Positions 15,579-23,816 of a stretch of DNA of 32,000 nucleotides are shown piece by piece. Origin of the DNA: Gemmata obscuriglobus (lineage in GTDB: Bacteria > Planctomycetota > Planctomycetia > Gemmatales > Gemmataceae); the NCBI RefSeq assembly GCF_008065095.1, contig NZ_CP042911.1:5160001-5192000 (forward strand). Reading direction: 5' to 3'. Each line of letters begins with the position of its first letter. The first letter of the stretch is position 1. Under the pieces are notes generated by a model, which ran no database searches, was not told the origin of the DNA, and saw only the letters and a program-made list of their open reading frames with translations. The position numbers and the translations under genes were made by a program.

Positions 15579-16230
15579 CTGCGGCTCTGCGTTCTCAGCC
15601 TCTAACTCGTCGTAGATGCGCTTCTCGGCGGCCCACGCCGCAAGCGGGCTGTCGCCGACATCTTGGACCTCATCCGGCCACGAGAGGTTCCACTGAATGA
15701 CGCGGCCTGGCATGTCCCTCTTGAATGCCCACAGTTGCCTACAAGCGTTGTCCCCGAAAAACAAGCAGGTTGAAGTGATTGCTCGCGGGAACCAGGCCAT
15801 TCACGGTCGTGGTCATATGTCCAGAGGGGTCGCAGTGAAGATTCCCCGGGAAACTGAGGGTTTCTGATCGAGAGCCACGCTGGATATTGAGCAATTGTTC
15901 ACTAATATCAAGCAAGCACTAGATTCGCAAGTAATTGCCTCGCAAATACTTGCGTTGGGACCGTGAATGGCCTGCTCGCGGGAACACATCGTCACTACGG
16001 TAAAGCCGATTCGCTTCCACCAAGCTGAGCTCACCGAACAGCGGCCAGAAGAACGACGCCCCGCTGCATCCAGTGAAACCGTTGAACGCCAAGTACAGCT
16101 CGCGCAACTGCTGGGGTAACGGTTCGCCGAGTGTGGCTTCGGCCCGTGCAAGGTCCGCTTCTGAGCATGGAGCGCCGAAGACATACTCGTCGTAGTCGTT
16201 CGTGAACACCCCGCGGACGTCTTCGGGCAT
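15543..16230 (-). pseudogene. SMI1/KNR4 (SUKH-1) family cassette gene disrupted by a 182-bp MITE
   Basis: The N-part runs from ATG 16230 (..APCSEADLARAEATLGEPLPQQLRELYLAFNGF..RLYRSDDVFPRA) and stops inside the insert. The C-part is 15543..15800 (FPRAITSTCLFFGDNACRQLWAF..). Removing 15793-15974 plus one copy of the direct repeat restores one frame (..DVFPRAITSTCLFFGDN..). Confidence 0.8.
15793..15974. mobile_element. 182-bp MITE-like insertion in the SMI1/KNR4 cassette
   Basis: The 16-bp terminal inverted repeats are caggccattcacggtc (15793-15808) and gaccgtgaatggcctg (15959-15974). They are flanked by an 11-12-bp direct repeat, (g)ctcgcgggaac, at 15781-15792 and 15974-15985. The interior is visibly AT-richer than its surroundings and has no ORF. 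Confidence 0.75.
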
Positions 16231-16256
16231 TCCCACTCGCTGTGCCCTCTCTGTGT

Positions 16257-16347
16257 GCCGAACATAAAGCTCACCTGCACCGCCATGATGCAAGCCGCAA
16301 TGCGTTACAGAGCAGCGGGCGGTGTCAGGTGCAGCGCCGGGTTCGGC
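16257..16347 (-). repeat. attC-like site, class A
   Basis: Class A palindrome: gccgaac..cacctgcaccgcc|loop|ggcggtgTcaggtg..gttcggc. Confidence 0.8.
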
Positions 16348-16703
16348 TCGCTCACGTCCGCGGGTCCGGGTCACGCGCCGAGCGATGCGGCTCCGCGGAG
16401 CCCGGGCCACCGGTGCGACCCGGCGGAGCACCACCGGCTCCCCGCGCCGTGTCCCGGCACACCGAGGGCCACCCACCACCGCACCTCGCGGCGATGAGCC
16501 GCGCCCACCACCCACGGGCACCACGCGGAGCACCACCGACCCGAACCACCGTGTCCCACGATACCACCAGCCACGCTCACCGCAAGCTCGCGGCGACGAG
16601 CCGCGCCCGTCGCACTCGGGCACCACGCGGAGCCCGACACGTAGGGTTCACCCACGCGGACCACACGCACACCGCCGCACGCGCGATCCAGAACGCGAGG
16701 GTG
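16348..16703 (-). repeat. ORF-less repeat cassette family R (2 units)
   Basis: Same architecture. It is followed on the low-coordinate side by attC 16257-16347 and preceded by class B attC 16704-16856. Confidence 0.8.
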
Positions 16704-16856
16704 GCCGAACCAGGAGCTGAGCTGCAAGCCGCCCCTCTCAGGGCGGTCTCCCCTTGCTCCCGCGACGGCTTGTCAGCTCCAGCGGGGGGTTCGGCCGACG
16801 GCCGCCTCCTTCCGCCAGAGGGTGAGTGAGCCTTGCAGCTCAGCTCCTGGTTCGGC
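16704..16856 (-). repeat. attC-like site, class B composite (153 nt)
   Basis: Built as 13769-13921. The inner attC 16704-16795 has an intact gttcggc box. Confidence 0.7.
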
Positions 16857-17029
16857 CGCCGCCGGATCCGCTCAGCCCACCGGGGACATCGCACGGCGGG
16901 AGAACACCATGCGACCTCAGGCCGCTCGGATCGGCGGGCCCTCGCCGGTCGCCTTCACCAGGGGGGAGGTGGCGACAACCTTACGACCGCCCGCCGATCC
17001 GCGGCGCTTGCAACCACCTCACGGCGGCG
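16857..17029 (-). repeat. ORF-less structured cassette S, copy 2 of 4
   Basis: Same element as 13922-14094, with a few substitutions. Confidence 0.7.
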
Positions 17030-17120
17030 GCCGAACATAAAGCTCACCTGCACCGCCCTCACCGGATGAGCGGTGCGTCCCAGAATAGCGGGCGGTGTCA
17101 GGTGCAGCGCCGGGTTCGGC
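17030..17120 (-). repeat. attC-like site, class A
   Basis: Class A palindrome: gccgaac..cacctgcaccgcc|loop|ggcggtgTcaggtg..gttcggc. Confidence 0.8.
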
Positions 17121-17479
17121 TCGCTCACGTCCGCGGTTCCGAGGTGGCACGCTCAGCATCGCGGCTCCGCGGAAGCCCGCCCACCGTCGCGGCCGAGCGG
17201 AGCACCACCGACCCACCCGCCGTGTCCCGGCCCACCGGAGGCCGGCACCAACCGCACCTGGCGGCGACGAGCCGCGCCAACCACCAGCGGGCGCCACGCG
17301 GAGCACCACCGACCCGAACCACCGTGTCCCCACGCGCCGCCGGCCACGCCCAACCGCACCTCGCGGCGGCGAGCCGCGCCAACCACCAGCAGGCCACACG
17401 CGGAGCCCGACACCCGGGGTTCACCCACGCGGACCACACGCCCACTACCGCCGCACGCGCGCTCCTGCACGCGATGGTT
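17121..17479 (-). repeat. ORF-less repeat cassette family R (2 units)
   Basis: Same architecture, closely related to 2790-3147. Confidence 0.8.
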
Positions 17480-17570
17480 GCCGAACATAAAGCTCACCTG
17501 CACCGCCATGATACAGTGAGCGGTGCGTCCCGAATCAGATGGCGGTGTCAGGTGCAGCGCCGGGTTCGGC
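17480..17570 (-). repeat. attC-like site, class A
   Basis: Class A palindrome: gccgaac..cacctgcaccgcc|loop|ggcggtgTcaggtg..gttcggc. Confidence 0.8.
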
Positions 17571-17765
17571 TCGCTGCGAATCCGCGGCGACGCGTCGGAG
17601 GATAAAGTCGGACCACCCGCACCGCCGGCACCGCACCTCGACCTTGCGGACCATCACCGGCGCCGCGACCTCCTGGGGGTCGCCCGCTCGGGCCGGCGGC
17701 CGCACCTCGCGGATGTTAACGACCTCCAGGCGACGGCTTCCGCACTCGTCGCAACGCTCCTCCAC
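17535..17765 (-). CDS. zinc-ribbon miniprotein cassette (76 aa including attC tail)
   Basis: GTG 17765 follows GGAGGG, 18 nt after attC 17783-17873. It has CDEC...CRRC pairs and ends AEPGAAPDTAI in attC 17480-17570. Confidence 0.55.
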   Translation of the reverse strand: MEERCDECGSRRLEVVNIREVRPPARAGDPQEVAAPVMVRKVEVRCRRCGWSDFILRRVAADSQRAEPGAAPDTAI

Positions 17766-17782
17766 TCGGAAGCCCTCCGGTG

Positions 17783-17873
17783 GCCGAACGAACAGCTCAC
17801 CTGCACCGCCATCACACGATGAGCGGTGCGCCCCGAATCAGCGGGCGGTGTCAGGTGCAGCGCCGGGTTCGGC
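17783..17873 (-). repeat. attC-like site, class A
   Basis: Class A palindrome: gccgaac..cacctgcaccgcc|loop|ggcggtgTcaggtg..gttcggc. Confidence 0.8.
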
Positions 17874-17917
17874 GCGGCTACGGATCGCGGTCGGGCAACA
17901 CGCTGCTTGGTTCGGCG

Positions 17918-18265
17918 CTACCACTCCACGGGCCAGCACCGCCACGCAGACTCCGCGGACGCCACCACCCACGTCACCCCACACGCTCCCGCGGCGACGA
18001 GTACGCCGGCCGAGCCAACCGTGGCCCCGAAGGCGAGGGCCGTGCCCGTGGCCAGGGCCGGCAGGCACCCGTTAGCCAAGTTCATGTTCGGGGCGCAACC
18101 GCACCACCCGACGTAGACCAGCGGCAACCCCACGAGGGCCACCCACTCCGACCGCCAGACCGCGAACGCGACCAGCCCGGCGGCCACTACGAGAGGCGAC
18201 TTCAGCTCGCGGCGGTTGAAGACATACACGATCACCGCCGCGACTCCTGCGTTCTGTCGCCGCAT
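17918..18265 (-). CDS. small membrane protein cassette (115 aa), possibly DUF2892/YgaP-like
   Basis: The hydrophobic protein is in frame with track ORF 17918..18400. The first ATG (18265) lies inside the mutated R' box of class C attC 18259-18348. GWCGCAPNMNL weakly resembles the DUF2892 G-x-CP motif. The start is uncertain, and an internal GTG is possible. Confidence 0.5.
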   Translation of the reverse strand: MRRQNAGVAAVIVYVFNRRELKSPLVVAAGLVAFAVWRSEWVALVGLPLVYVGWCGCAPNMNLANGCLPALATGTALAFGATVGSAGVLVAAGACGVTWVVASAESAWRCWPVEW

Positions 18266-18405
18266 GTGGAGCTCACCTGCTCGCGCGCCCTGGAGGGGGC
18301 GATCCCCGAGTTCTGCATGCGCGAGTCTGGTGCAGCGGAGGGTTCGGCCCCGCGCCCCACCACGCCGAACATGGGCTGCCCGTGAAGGTGAGCTCCACAT
18401 TCGGC
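18259..18405 (-). repeat. attC-like site, class C composite (147 nt) with mutated R' box
   Basis: The 90-nt attC homologue is 18259-18348: gccgCAT-gtgga-gctcacctg-ctcgcgc / loop / gcgcgag-T-ctggtg-C-agc-ggagg-gttcggc. It is followed by a spacer with an extra gccgaac (18364-18370) and an inverted copy of the 5' arm (aggtgagctccacattcggc, 18386-18405). Confidence 0.65.
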
Positions 18406-18544
18406 CCCGCTCATGCAGCCCGGCAGATGAGCTACACCGATCCGCTCGCGCCTCGGGGGTGGGCGCGGGTCGGGCCAGCCACTTGGGATGGGGGGCTGGC
18501 TACCCTATCGACATCGCGCCCACCCCCGTGGGTCTCGGCGCGGG
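18406..18544 (-). repeat. ORF-less structured cassette T (139 nt), copy 1 of 2
   Basis: On the minus strand, a 13-bp stem gggggtgggcgcg / cgcgcccaccccc encloses the hairpin gccagcc-loop-ggctggc. There is no credible ORF. It is always attached to a class C attC. Confidence 0.65.
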
Positions 18545-18636
18545 GCCGAACAATGAAGCTCACCTGCACCGCCATCACCGGATGAGCAGTGCGTCACAAT
18601 GCCGATGGCGGTGTCAGGTGCAGCGCCGGGTTCGGC
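18545..18636 (-). repeat. attC-like site, class A
   Basis: Class A palindrome, 92 nt. Confidence 0.8.
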
Positions 18637-18642
18637 GTGTCT

Positions 18643-19242
18643 TTACTTGCCGGCTGCCCCGGGATACCTGACGTGCCGTCGAAGCACCTGGGCCGACAGG
18701 AACGGGCGGTAGCTGTCCGGTGGCGGTCCCTGCGGGCGAAGGCTCGGGTAGACCATCACGTAGTCCGCGAAGTACGCGGCCCGCTTGAGCAACTCCCGCG
18801 GCTCGACCTCGTCGGCCGTCTCGGGCGGGTGAAGCAGGCCTCGCAGCTCGGCCGGGGGCAGCGCCTGGACCTCAGCCACCCAGCGGGCGATGTCCTCGGG
18901 GGCGGTGTTGTAGTCGAGGACGAAGGCCGCGCCCTCCGTGTGCCAGTTGTACTCACTCACCTGCTCGGCGGTGGCCTCACCGGCGAGGAACTGCTCGGCC
19001 AGTTCGACGCCCCGGCGGCTGGCCTCCTGCGGCAGCAGCGGCCAGATGCCGCGGCAGGACGCCAAGTAGAACCGATGGAGCGATAGACCGAACCTGTCGT
19101 CCGCGCCGCCCGCAGCGTCCGACTCCTGCACGTCGCCGCCGAAGCGGAGGCCGATCCCGTCGGGAGACACGCCCCGCCACTCCCACAGGTAGTCGAGCAT
19201 GGCACCCGCGTCGTTGCTCCGGTGCCAGTCCGCCTCGGTCAT
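18643..19242 (-). CDS. hypothetical alpha-helical cassette protein (199 aa), planctomycete W-x(n)-D..ML.YL type
   Basis: ORF track 18643..19242. ATG lies 17 nt after attC 19259-19350. MTEADWHRSNDAGAMLDYL...FYLASCRGIWPLLPQEASRRGVELAEQFLAG is related in pattern to 24542..25033. It has its own stop. Confidence 0.75.
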   Translation of the reverse strand: MTEADWHRSNDAGAMLDYLWEWRGVSPDGIGLRFGGDVQESDAAGGADDRFGLSLHRFYLASCRGIWPLLPQEASRRGVELAEQFLAGEATAEQVSEYNWHTEGAAFVLDYNTAPEDIARWVAEVQALPPAELRGLLHPPETADEVEPRELLKRAAYFADYVMVYPSLRPQGPPPDSYRPFLSAQVLRRHVRYPGAAGK

Positions 19243-19258
19243 GCGCCGCGCCTTTGTT

Positions 19259-19350
19259 GCCGAACAATCAAGCTCACCTGCACCGCCACCATCGGATGAG
19301 CGGTGCGCCCCGAATCAGCGGGCGGTGTCAGGTGCAGCGCCGGGTTCGGC
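19259..19350 (-). repeat. attC-like site, class A
   Basis: Class A palindrome, 92 nt. Confidence 0.8.
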
Positions 19351-19971
19351 CTGCTCGGGAAGGTCTGTGAGACACCGCTCGGCCCAACCGGCGAACCACT
19401 CGGTCAACGTCGGTGGACTGGGCAGTGGGGGCAACTGACGCGGGTGTGGCATCCCGAACTCCCACCAACCCGGCGGTCGGCGCGCCGGCAGCCACTCTCC
19501 CGAGAACCCGACGAAGCACGCAACGTCCCATATACGCCCGGCGAACTCGCCCGTCAGCACCAGTACCGACCAGAACGTGCAGCCTTGGTGGCAGATCGGC
19601 ATGCAGCCGTCGCACGGCCAATCACGGGCGGCTGGGCTGACCTCAGCGTCGCGCAGGTCAGCCGCGGCGAGCGGGAAGGGGCCGGCCGGACGCACCGGCC
19701 GACCCTCCTCGGCCTCGTACTCTTGAGCTCGCCCGAGGAACTCGTCCAGTGACTCGCCAGGACTCCACAGCCCGTAGTAGGGGCCGGCCCCGTGCCCGAG
19801 TTCCAGCATGAGCCGCCGATACTCGGTCGGGAGCGGTACACCGAGCGTGGCTTCGGCGCGGTCCAACTCCGCCTGTCCAACTGGGGCGCTCTGGTAGCGA
19901 TGCGCCCTGGACCCGAACACCTTGTAACCGGGGTCACGCCTCCGCAGTTCAGCGAGGCGCGCTCGCAACAA
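19315..19971 (-). CDS. SMI1/KNR4 (SUKH-1) family cassette protein (~218 aa)
   Basis: FGSRAHRYQSAPVGQAELDRAEATLGVPLPTEYRRLMLELGHGAGPYYGLW is a typical SMI1/KNR4 N-terminal pattern. TTG 19971 is the first canonical start, and ATA 19986 sits at the normal distance from GGAG. It ends AEPGAAPDTAR in attC 19259-19350. Confidence 0.8.
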   Translation of the reverse strand: MLRARLAELRRRDPGYKVFGSRAHRYQSAPVGQAELDRAEATLGVPLPTEYRRLMLELGHGAGPYYGLWSPGESLDEFLGRAQEYEAEEGRPVRPAGPFPLAAADLRDAEVSPAARDWPCDGCMPICHQGCTFWSVLVLTGEFAGRIWDVACFVGFSGEWLPARRPPGWWEFGMPHPRQLPPLPSPPTLTEWFAGWAERCLTDLPEQAEPGAAPDTAR

Positions 19972-20007
19972 CTCGATTTCTGCTATCGCATGACTCCGCT
20001 TTCCGTG

Positions 20008-20098
20008 GCCGAACAAATAGCTCACCTGCACCGCCATCACCGGATGAGCGGTGCGTTCTCAATCAGCGGGCGGTGTCAGGTGCAGCGCCCGGTTCGGC
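20008..20098 (-). repeat. attC-like site, class A
   Basis: Class A palindrome with a variant 3' spacer (cagcgcccggttcggc). Confidence 0.8.
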
Positions 20099-20626
20099 GT
20101 CTGCGACCGCCAGCCACTCCGGCCGGCGCGGGGCGAACCGAACTGCCGACAGCCACAGGCCGAGTACCACACCCGCTCCGGCGTGCCCCCGGCCGGCCAT
20201 GTCGAACGGCCCGTATACCTCGACCGCACGCACGCCGCCCGGCAGGAGGGCCGCCACCGACACCGTGCATAGGTCGGTGCAATCGGCCCCGTACCAGCCA
20301 TCCAGCCCGGCCAGACCGGCAACGCCGGCCGCGGCGACCAGCCCGGCGGGCACCTCCGGGCCGACAGTGCGAGACTCGGACGAGGGCTCGCCGACGTAGT
20401 TGTTATCGGGGGTGCTGACCCGCAGTTCCTGCCGGACGCGGCCGTCGAGGTAGAACCACAGCCGCCAGCACGTCAGGTCCGATGTGAAGCCGGGGCTGAA
20501 CCCGGCCCCGAACACCGCCCCGTCTGCCAAGCCGGCGACCACGCCGAACCTTTCGTGCGGGGCCGGCGGCCGGGGCGGCTCGCCGGCGTCGGGGCGCTGT
20601 CCGAGCAGTCGCCGCCGCCACCCCAT
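20063..20626 (-). CDS. hypothetical cassette protein (187 aa including attC tail)
   Basis: ATG 20626 follows AGAGGG, 18 nt after attC 20644-20735. It is in frame with track ORF 20063..20674 and ends AEPGAAPDTAR in attC 20008-20098. Confidence 0.65.
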   Translation of the reverse strand: MGWRRRLLGQRPDAGEPPRPPAPHERFGVVAGLADGAVFGAGFSPGFTSDLTCWRLWFYLDGRVRQELRVSTPDNNYVGEPSSESRTVGPEVPAGLVAAAGVAGLAGLDGWYGADCTDLCTVSVAALLPGGVRAVEVYGPFDMAGRGHAGAGVVLGLWLSAVRFAPRRPEWLAVADAEPGAAPDTAR

Positions 20627-20643
20627 CAGCTCGCCCTCTGGTT

Positions 20644-20735
20644 GCCGAACAATGAAGCTCACCTGCACCGCCATGATGCAGGCCGCAATGCGCTACGAAT
20701 CAGATGGCGGTGTCAGGTGCAGCGCCGGGTTCGGC
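20644..20735 (-). repeat. attC-like site, class A
   Basis: Class A palindrome, 92 nt. Confidence 0.8.
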
Positions 20736-20741
20736 CTGCCT

Positions 20742-21266
20742 TTACTGCGCCCCAAGTCCCTCGCCCCATTCGAAGTCGGGGGCGGTGAGCGGGGCCACCG
20801 GCTGGCCGGGGCTGGGCACCCGCATGTGGGCCGGCACCCGCTCCAACTCCTCCGGCGTGTACCCCGCCAGGAAGCTGAACCCCTTGAACGCGGCCGGATC
20901 GAACCGCACCAAAGCAGACGGGTATGCCCCGGCCGCGCACCGCCCGGCGATCTCGCGGACCAACTCGTGCCGCTCGCGGTCCCACCCGCCGGCCGGCTCG
21001 CTCCCGTACTCGTGCACCGGCGAGTTCCGCCAGAAGATGAGCAGCGCCGTGCCCTGGTCGCACAGCCGATGGTCGAGCAACCGCCGCCACTCGGCAACGC
21101 CCTGGGCCGGGTGGCACTCGGAGGCGTGAAGGAACAGTTCTTCGGGCGATGCGAGGGCCGCGAACTGCCGCCACCACCGGGCGTCGAAGGTGCCCTCGTC
21201 CTCGTCGTCCAAGTGCCCGTCCTTCAGCCACGCGACCCGCTTTCGCTGTTCTGGCGACAACGTCAT
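20742..21266 (-). CDS. hypothetical cassette protein (174 aa), DUF4274-like
   Basis: ORF track 20742..21266. ATG follows AGAGG, 17 nt after attC 21283-21372. WWRQFAALASPEELFLHASECHP...RLLDHRLCDQGTALLIFW resembles the DUF4274 pattern (from memory, weak). It has its own stop. Confidence 0.7.
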   Translation of the reverse strand: MTLSPEQRKRVAWLKDGHLDDEDEGTFDARWWRQFAALASPEELFLHASECHPAQGVAEWRRLLDHRLCDQGTALLIFWRNSPVHEYGSEPAGGWDRERHELVREIAGRCAAGAYPSALVRFDPAAFKGFSFLAGYTPEELERVPAHMRVPSPGQPVAPLTAPDFEWGEGLGAQ

Positions 21267-21282
21267 CCCCGCGCCTCTAGTT

Positions 21283-21372
21283 GCCGAACAGAAAGCTCAC
21301 CTGCACCGCCAAGATACAGTGAGCACTACAACGGCGGCGGATGGCGGTGTCAGGTGCAGCGCCGGGTTCGGC
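21283..21372 (-). repeat. attC-like site, class A (minor loop type)
   Basis: Class A stems with the minor loop (aagatacagtgagcactacaacggcggcggat). Confidence 0.8.
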
Positions 21373-21810
21373 TTCTGCGCGGGCCGTTGCGGTTCCGCGG
21401 AGCCCGCGCTCGTACCGCGCATCCGCGGAGCCACCACCGACCCGCACCACCGTGTCGCGGCCCACCGGTGGCCGCCCAACACCGCACCTCGCGGCGATGA
21501 GCCGCGCCAGACACCCACGGGCACCACGCGGAGCACCACCGACCCCACCCGCCGTGTCCCGATGCACCGCCGGCCACACCCAACCGCCACCTCGCGGCGG
21601 TGAGCCGCGCCAGACCCGATCGGCACCACGCGAAGCACCACCGACCTGAACCGCCGTGTCCGCACCCGCTCCCGGCCGCGCCCACCGCACCTCGCGGCGG
21701 TGAGCCGCGCCCGCCACCCACGGGCACCACGCGGAGCCCGACGCGCGGGCGTCACCTTCGCGGACCACACGCCCACCGCCGCCGCACGCGCGATCATGCA
21801 CCGTTGGGTT
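21373..21810 (-). repeat. ORF-less repeat cassette family R (3 units)
   Basis: The gRYgagccgcgcc motif starts at about 21496, 21599 and 21699, giving a period of 100-103 nt. Confidence 0.8.
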
Positions 21811-21900
21811 GCCGAACAAACAGCTCACCTGCACCGCCCGTCCCGATGAGCGATGCCTCCCGAATCAGCCGGCGGTGTCAGGTGCAGCGCCGGGTTCGGC
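21811..21900 (-). repeat. attC-like site, class A
   Basis: Class A palindrome, 90 nt, with loop cgtcccgatgagcgatgcctcccgaatcagcc. Confidence 0.8.
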
Positions 21901-22236
21901 TTCTGCGCCCACCGTCGCGGTTCCGCGGAGCCCGCGCCCGCGCCGCGCATCCGCGGAGCCACCACCGACCCGCACCACCGTGCCGCGGCACACCGGTGGC
22001 CGCCCACCACCGACACCCGCGGCGGTGAGCCGCGCCCGCCAACCACGGGCACCACGCGGAGCACCACCGACCCGCACCACCGTGTCCCCACCCACACCGG
22101 GCCACGACCACCCGCACCTCGCGGCGGCGAGCCGCGCCAACCACCAGCAGGCCACACGCGGAGCCCGACACCCGGGGTTCACCACCGCGGACCACACGCC
22201 CACCGCCGCCCGCGCGCCCTGATGCACGCGAGGGTG
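21901..22236 (-). repeat. ORF-less repeat cassette family R (2 units, short tail)
   Basis: Same architecture. Confidence 0.8.
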
Positions 22237-22328
22237 GCCGAACAATCAAGCTCACCTGCACCGCCATCACACGATGAGCGGTGCGCCCCGAATCAGCGGG
22301 CGGTGTCAGGTGCAGCGCCGGGTTCGGC
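22237..22328 (-). repeat. attC-like site, class A
   Basis: Class A palindrome, 92 nt, same as 13268-13359. Confidence 0.8.
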
Positions 22329-22336
22329 CTGCCTTG

Positions 22337-22720
22337 CTACCCGCGAACCGCGTGCAGCCCAGTGATGCGGGTGACGACGCCCTCGGCGACCCGCCGCCCG
22401 CCCTCGTGGCAGTAGAACCGGGCGCCGGGGGCAATCCGGCCGCGATGCACCTCGGCCCGCATCTCATCCATCACGACCGTCATGCGGGCGGACAACTCCA
22501 CGCCTACCGGCAGTCCATGATCGGTCGCCAGGCTCTGTCCGTCAGCGGCGAAGAAGTCCGGCCAGATCATGTACAGGCTCGGTGGGGTTGGCCCGTCGTC
22601 GGCATAGGCGAAGTCCCACCGGATGCCGTTGAACGCCCGCGTCCGCCGCCCACCCTCCTCCGGGCCGTACACCCGGATGGCGGCCTCGAAGTCGTCGGGT
22701 GGGTAGAGACCTCCGCCCAT
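22337..22720 (-). CDS. hypothetical cassette protein family Y (127 aa), copy 2 of 2
   Basis: The protein is identical to 13368..13751, and the flanks are the same (attC 22237-22328 and class B attC 22738-22890). Confidence 0.7.
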   Translation of the reverse strand: MGGGLYPPDDFEAAIRVYGPEEGGRRTRAFNGIRWDFAYADDGPTPPSLYMIWPDFFAADGQSLATDHGLPVGVELSARMTVVMDEMRAEVHRGRIAPGARFYCHEGGRRVAEGVVTRITGLHAVRG

Positions 22721-22737
22721 CGGTGCGCCCTCCGGTT

Positions 22738-22890
22738 GCCGAACCAGGAGCTGAGCTGCAAGCCGCCCCTCTCAGGGCGGTCTCCCCTTGCTCCCGCGAC
22801 GGCTTGTCAGCTCCAGCGGGGGGGTCGGCCGACGGCCGCCTCCTTCCGCCAGAGGGTGAGTGAGCCTTGCAGCTCAGCTCCTGGTTCGGC
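22738..22890 (-). repeat. attC-like site, class B composite (153 nt)
   Basis: Built as 13769-13921, with the inner box ggtcggc. Confidence 0.7.
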
Positions 22891-23063
22891 CGCCGCCGGA
22901 TCCGCTCAGCCCACCGGGGACATCGCACGGCGGGAGAACACCATGCGACCTCAGGCCGCTCGGATCGGCGGGCCCTCGCCGGTCGCCTTCACCAGGGGGG
23001 AGGTGGCGACAACCTTACGACCGCCCGCCGATCCGCGGCGCTTGCAACCACCTCACGGCGGGT
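22891..23063 (-). repeat. ORF-less structured cassette S, copy 3 of 4
   Basis: Same element. It is followed directly by a second S unit. Confidence 0.7.
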
Positions 23064-23216
23064 GCCGAACCAGGAGCTGAGCTGCAAGCCGCCCCTCTCA
23101 GGGCGGTCTCCCCTTGCTCCCGCGACGGCTTGTCAGCTCCAGCGGGGGGTTCGGCCGACGGCCGCCTCCTTCCGCCAGAGGATGAGTGAGCCTTGCAGCT
23201 CAGCTCCTGGTTCGGC
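23064..23216 (-). repeat. attC-like site, class B composite (153 nt)
   Basis: Built as 16704-16856, with the inner box intact. Confidence 0.7.
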
Positions 23217-23389
23217 ACCCGCCGGATGAGCTCAGCCCACCGGGGACATCGCACGGCGGGAGATCACCATGCGACCTCAGGCCGCTCGGATCGGCGGGCC
23301 CTCGCCGGTCGCCTTCACCAGGGTGGAGGTGGCGACAACCTTACGACCGCCCGCCGATCCGCGGCGCTTGCAACCACCTCACGGCGGCG
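23217..23389 (-). repeat. ORF-less structured cassette S, copy 4 of 4
   Basis: Same element. Confidence 0.7.
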
Positions 23390-23480
23390 GCCGAACGAAC
23401 AGCTCACCTGCACCGCCATCACACGATGAGCGATGCGTCGCAGTATAGCGGGCGGTGTCAGGTGCAGCGCCGGGTTCGGC
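23390..23480 (-). repeat. attC-like site, class A
   Basis: Class A palindrome: gccgaac..cacctgcaccgcc|loop|ggcggtgTcaggtg..gttcggc. Confidence 0.8.
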
Positions 23481-23816
23481 TCGCGCACGTCCGCGCCGCG
23501 CATCCGCGGAAGCCCGCCCACCGGTGCGGGCGGGCGGAGCACCACCGACCCCGCGCGCCGTGTCCCGGCCCACCGAGGGCCACCCACCACCGCACCTCGC
23601 GGCGATGAGCCGCGCCGACCACCGGCGGGCACCACGCGGAGCACCACCGACCTGAACCGCCGTGTCCCAACGCATCGGAGGCCACGCCCAACCGCACCTC
23701 GCGGCGATGAGCCGCGCCAGCCACGATCGGTATCACGCGGAGCACGACGCGCGAGGTACACCCACGCGGACCACACCGTCAGCGCCGCCGCACCCGCGCT
23801 CCTGCACGCGAGGGTT
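23481..23816 (-). repeat. ORF-less repeat cassette family R (2 units)
   Basis: Same architecture. Confidence 0.8.
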
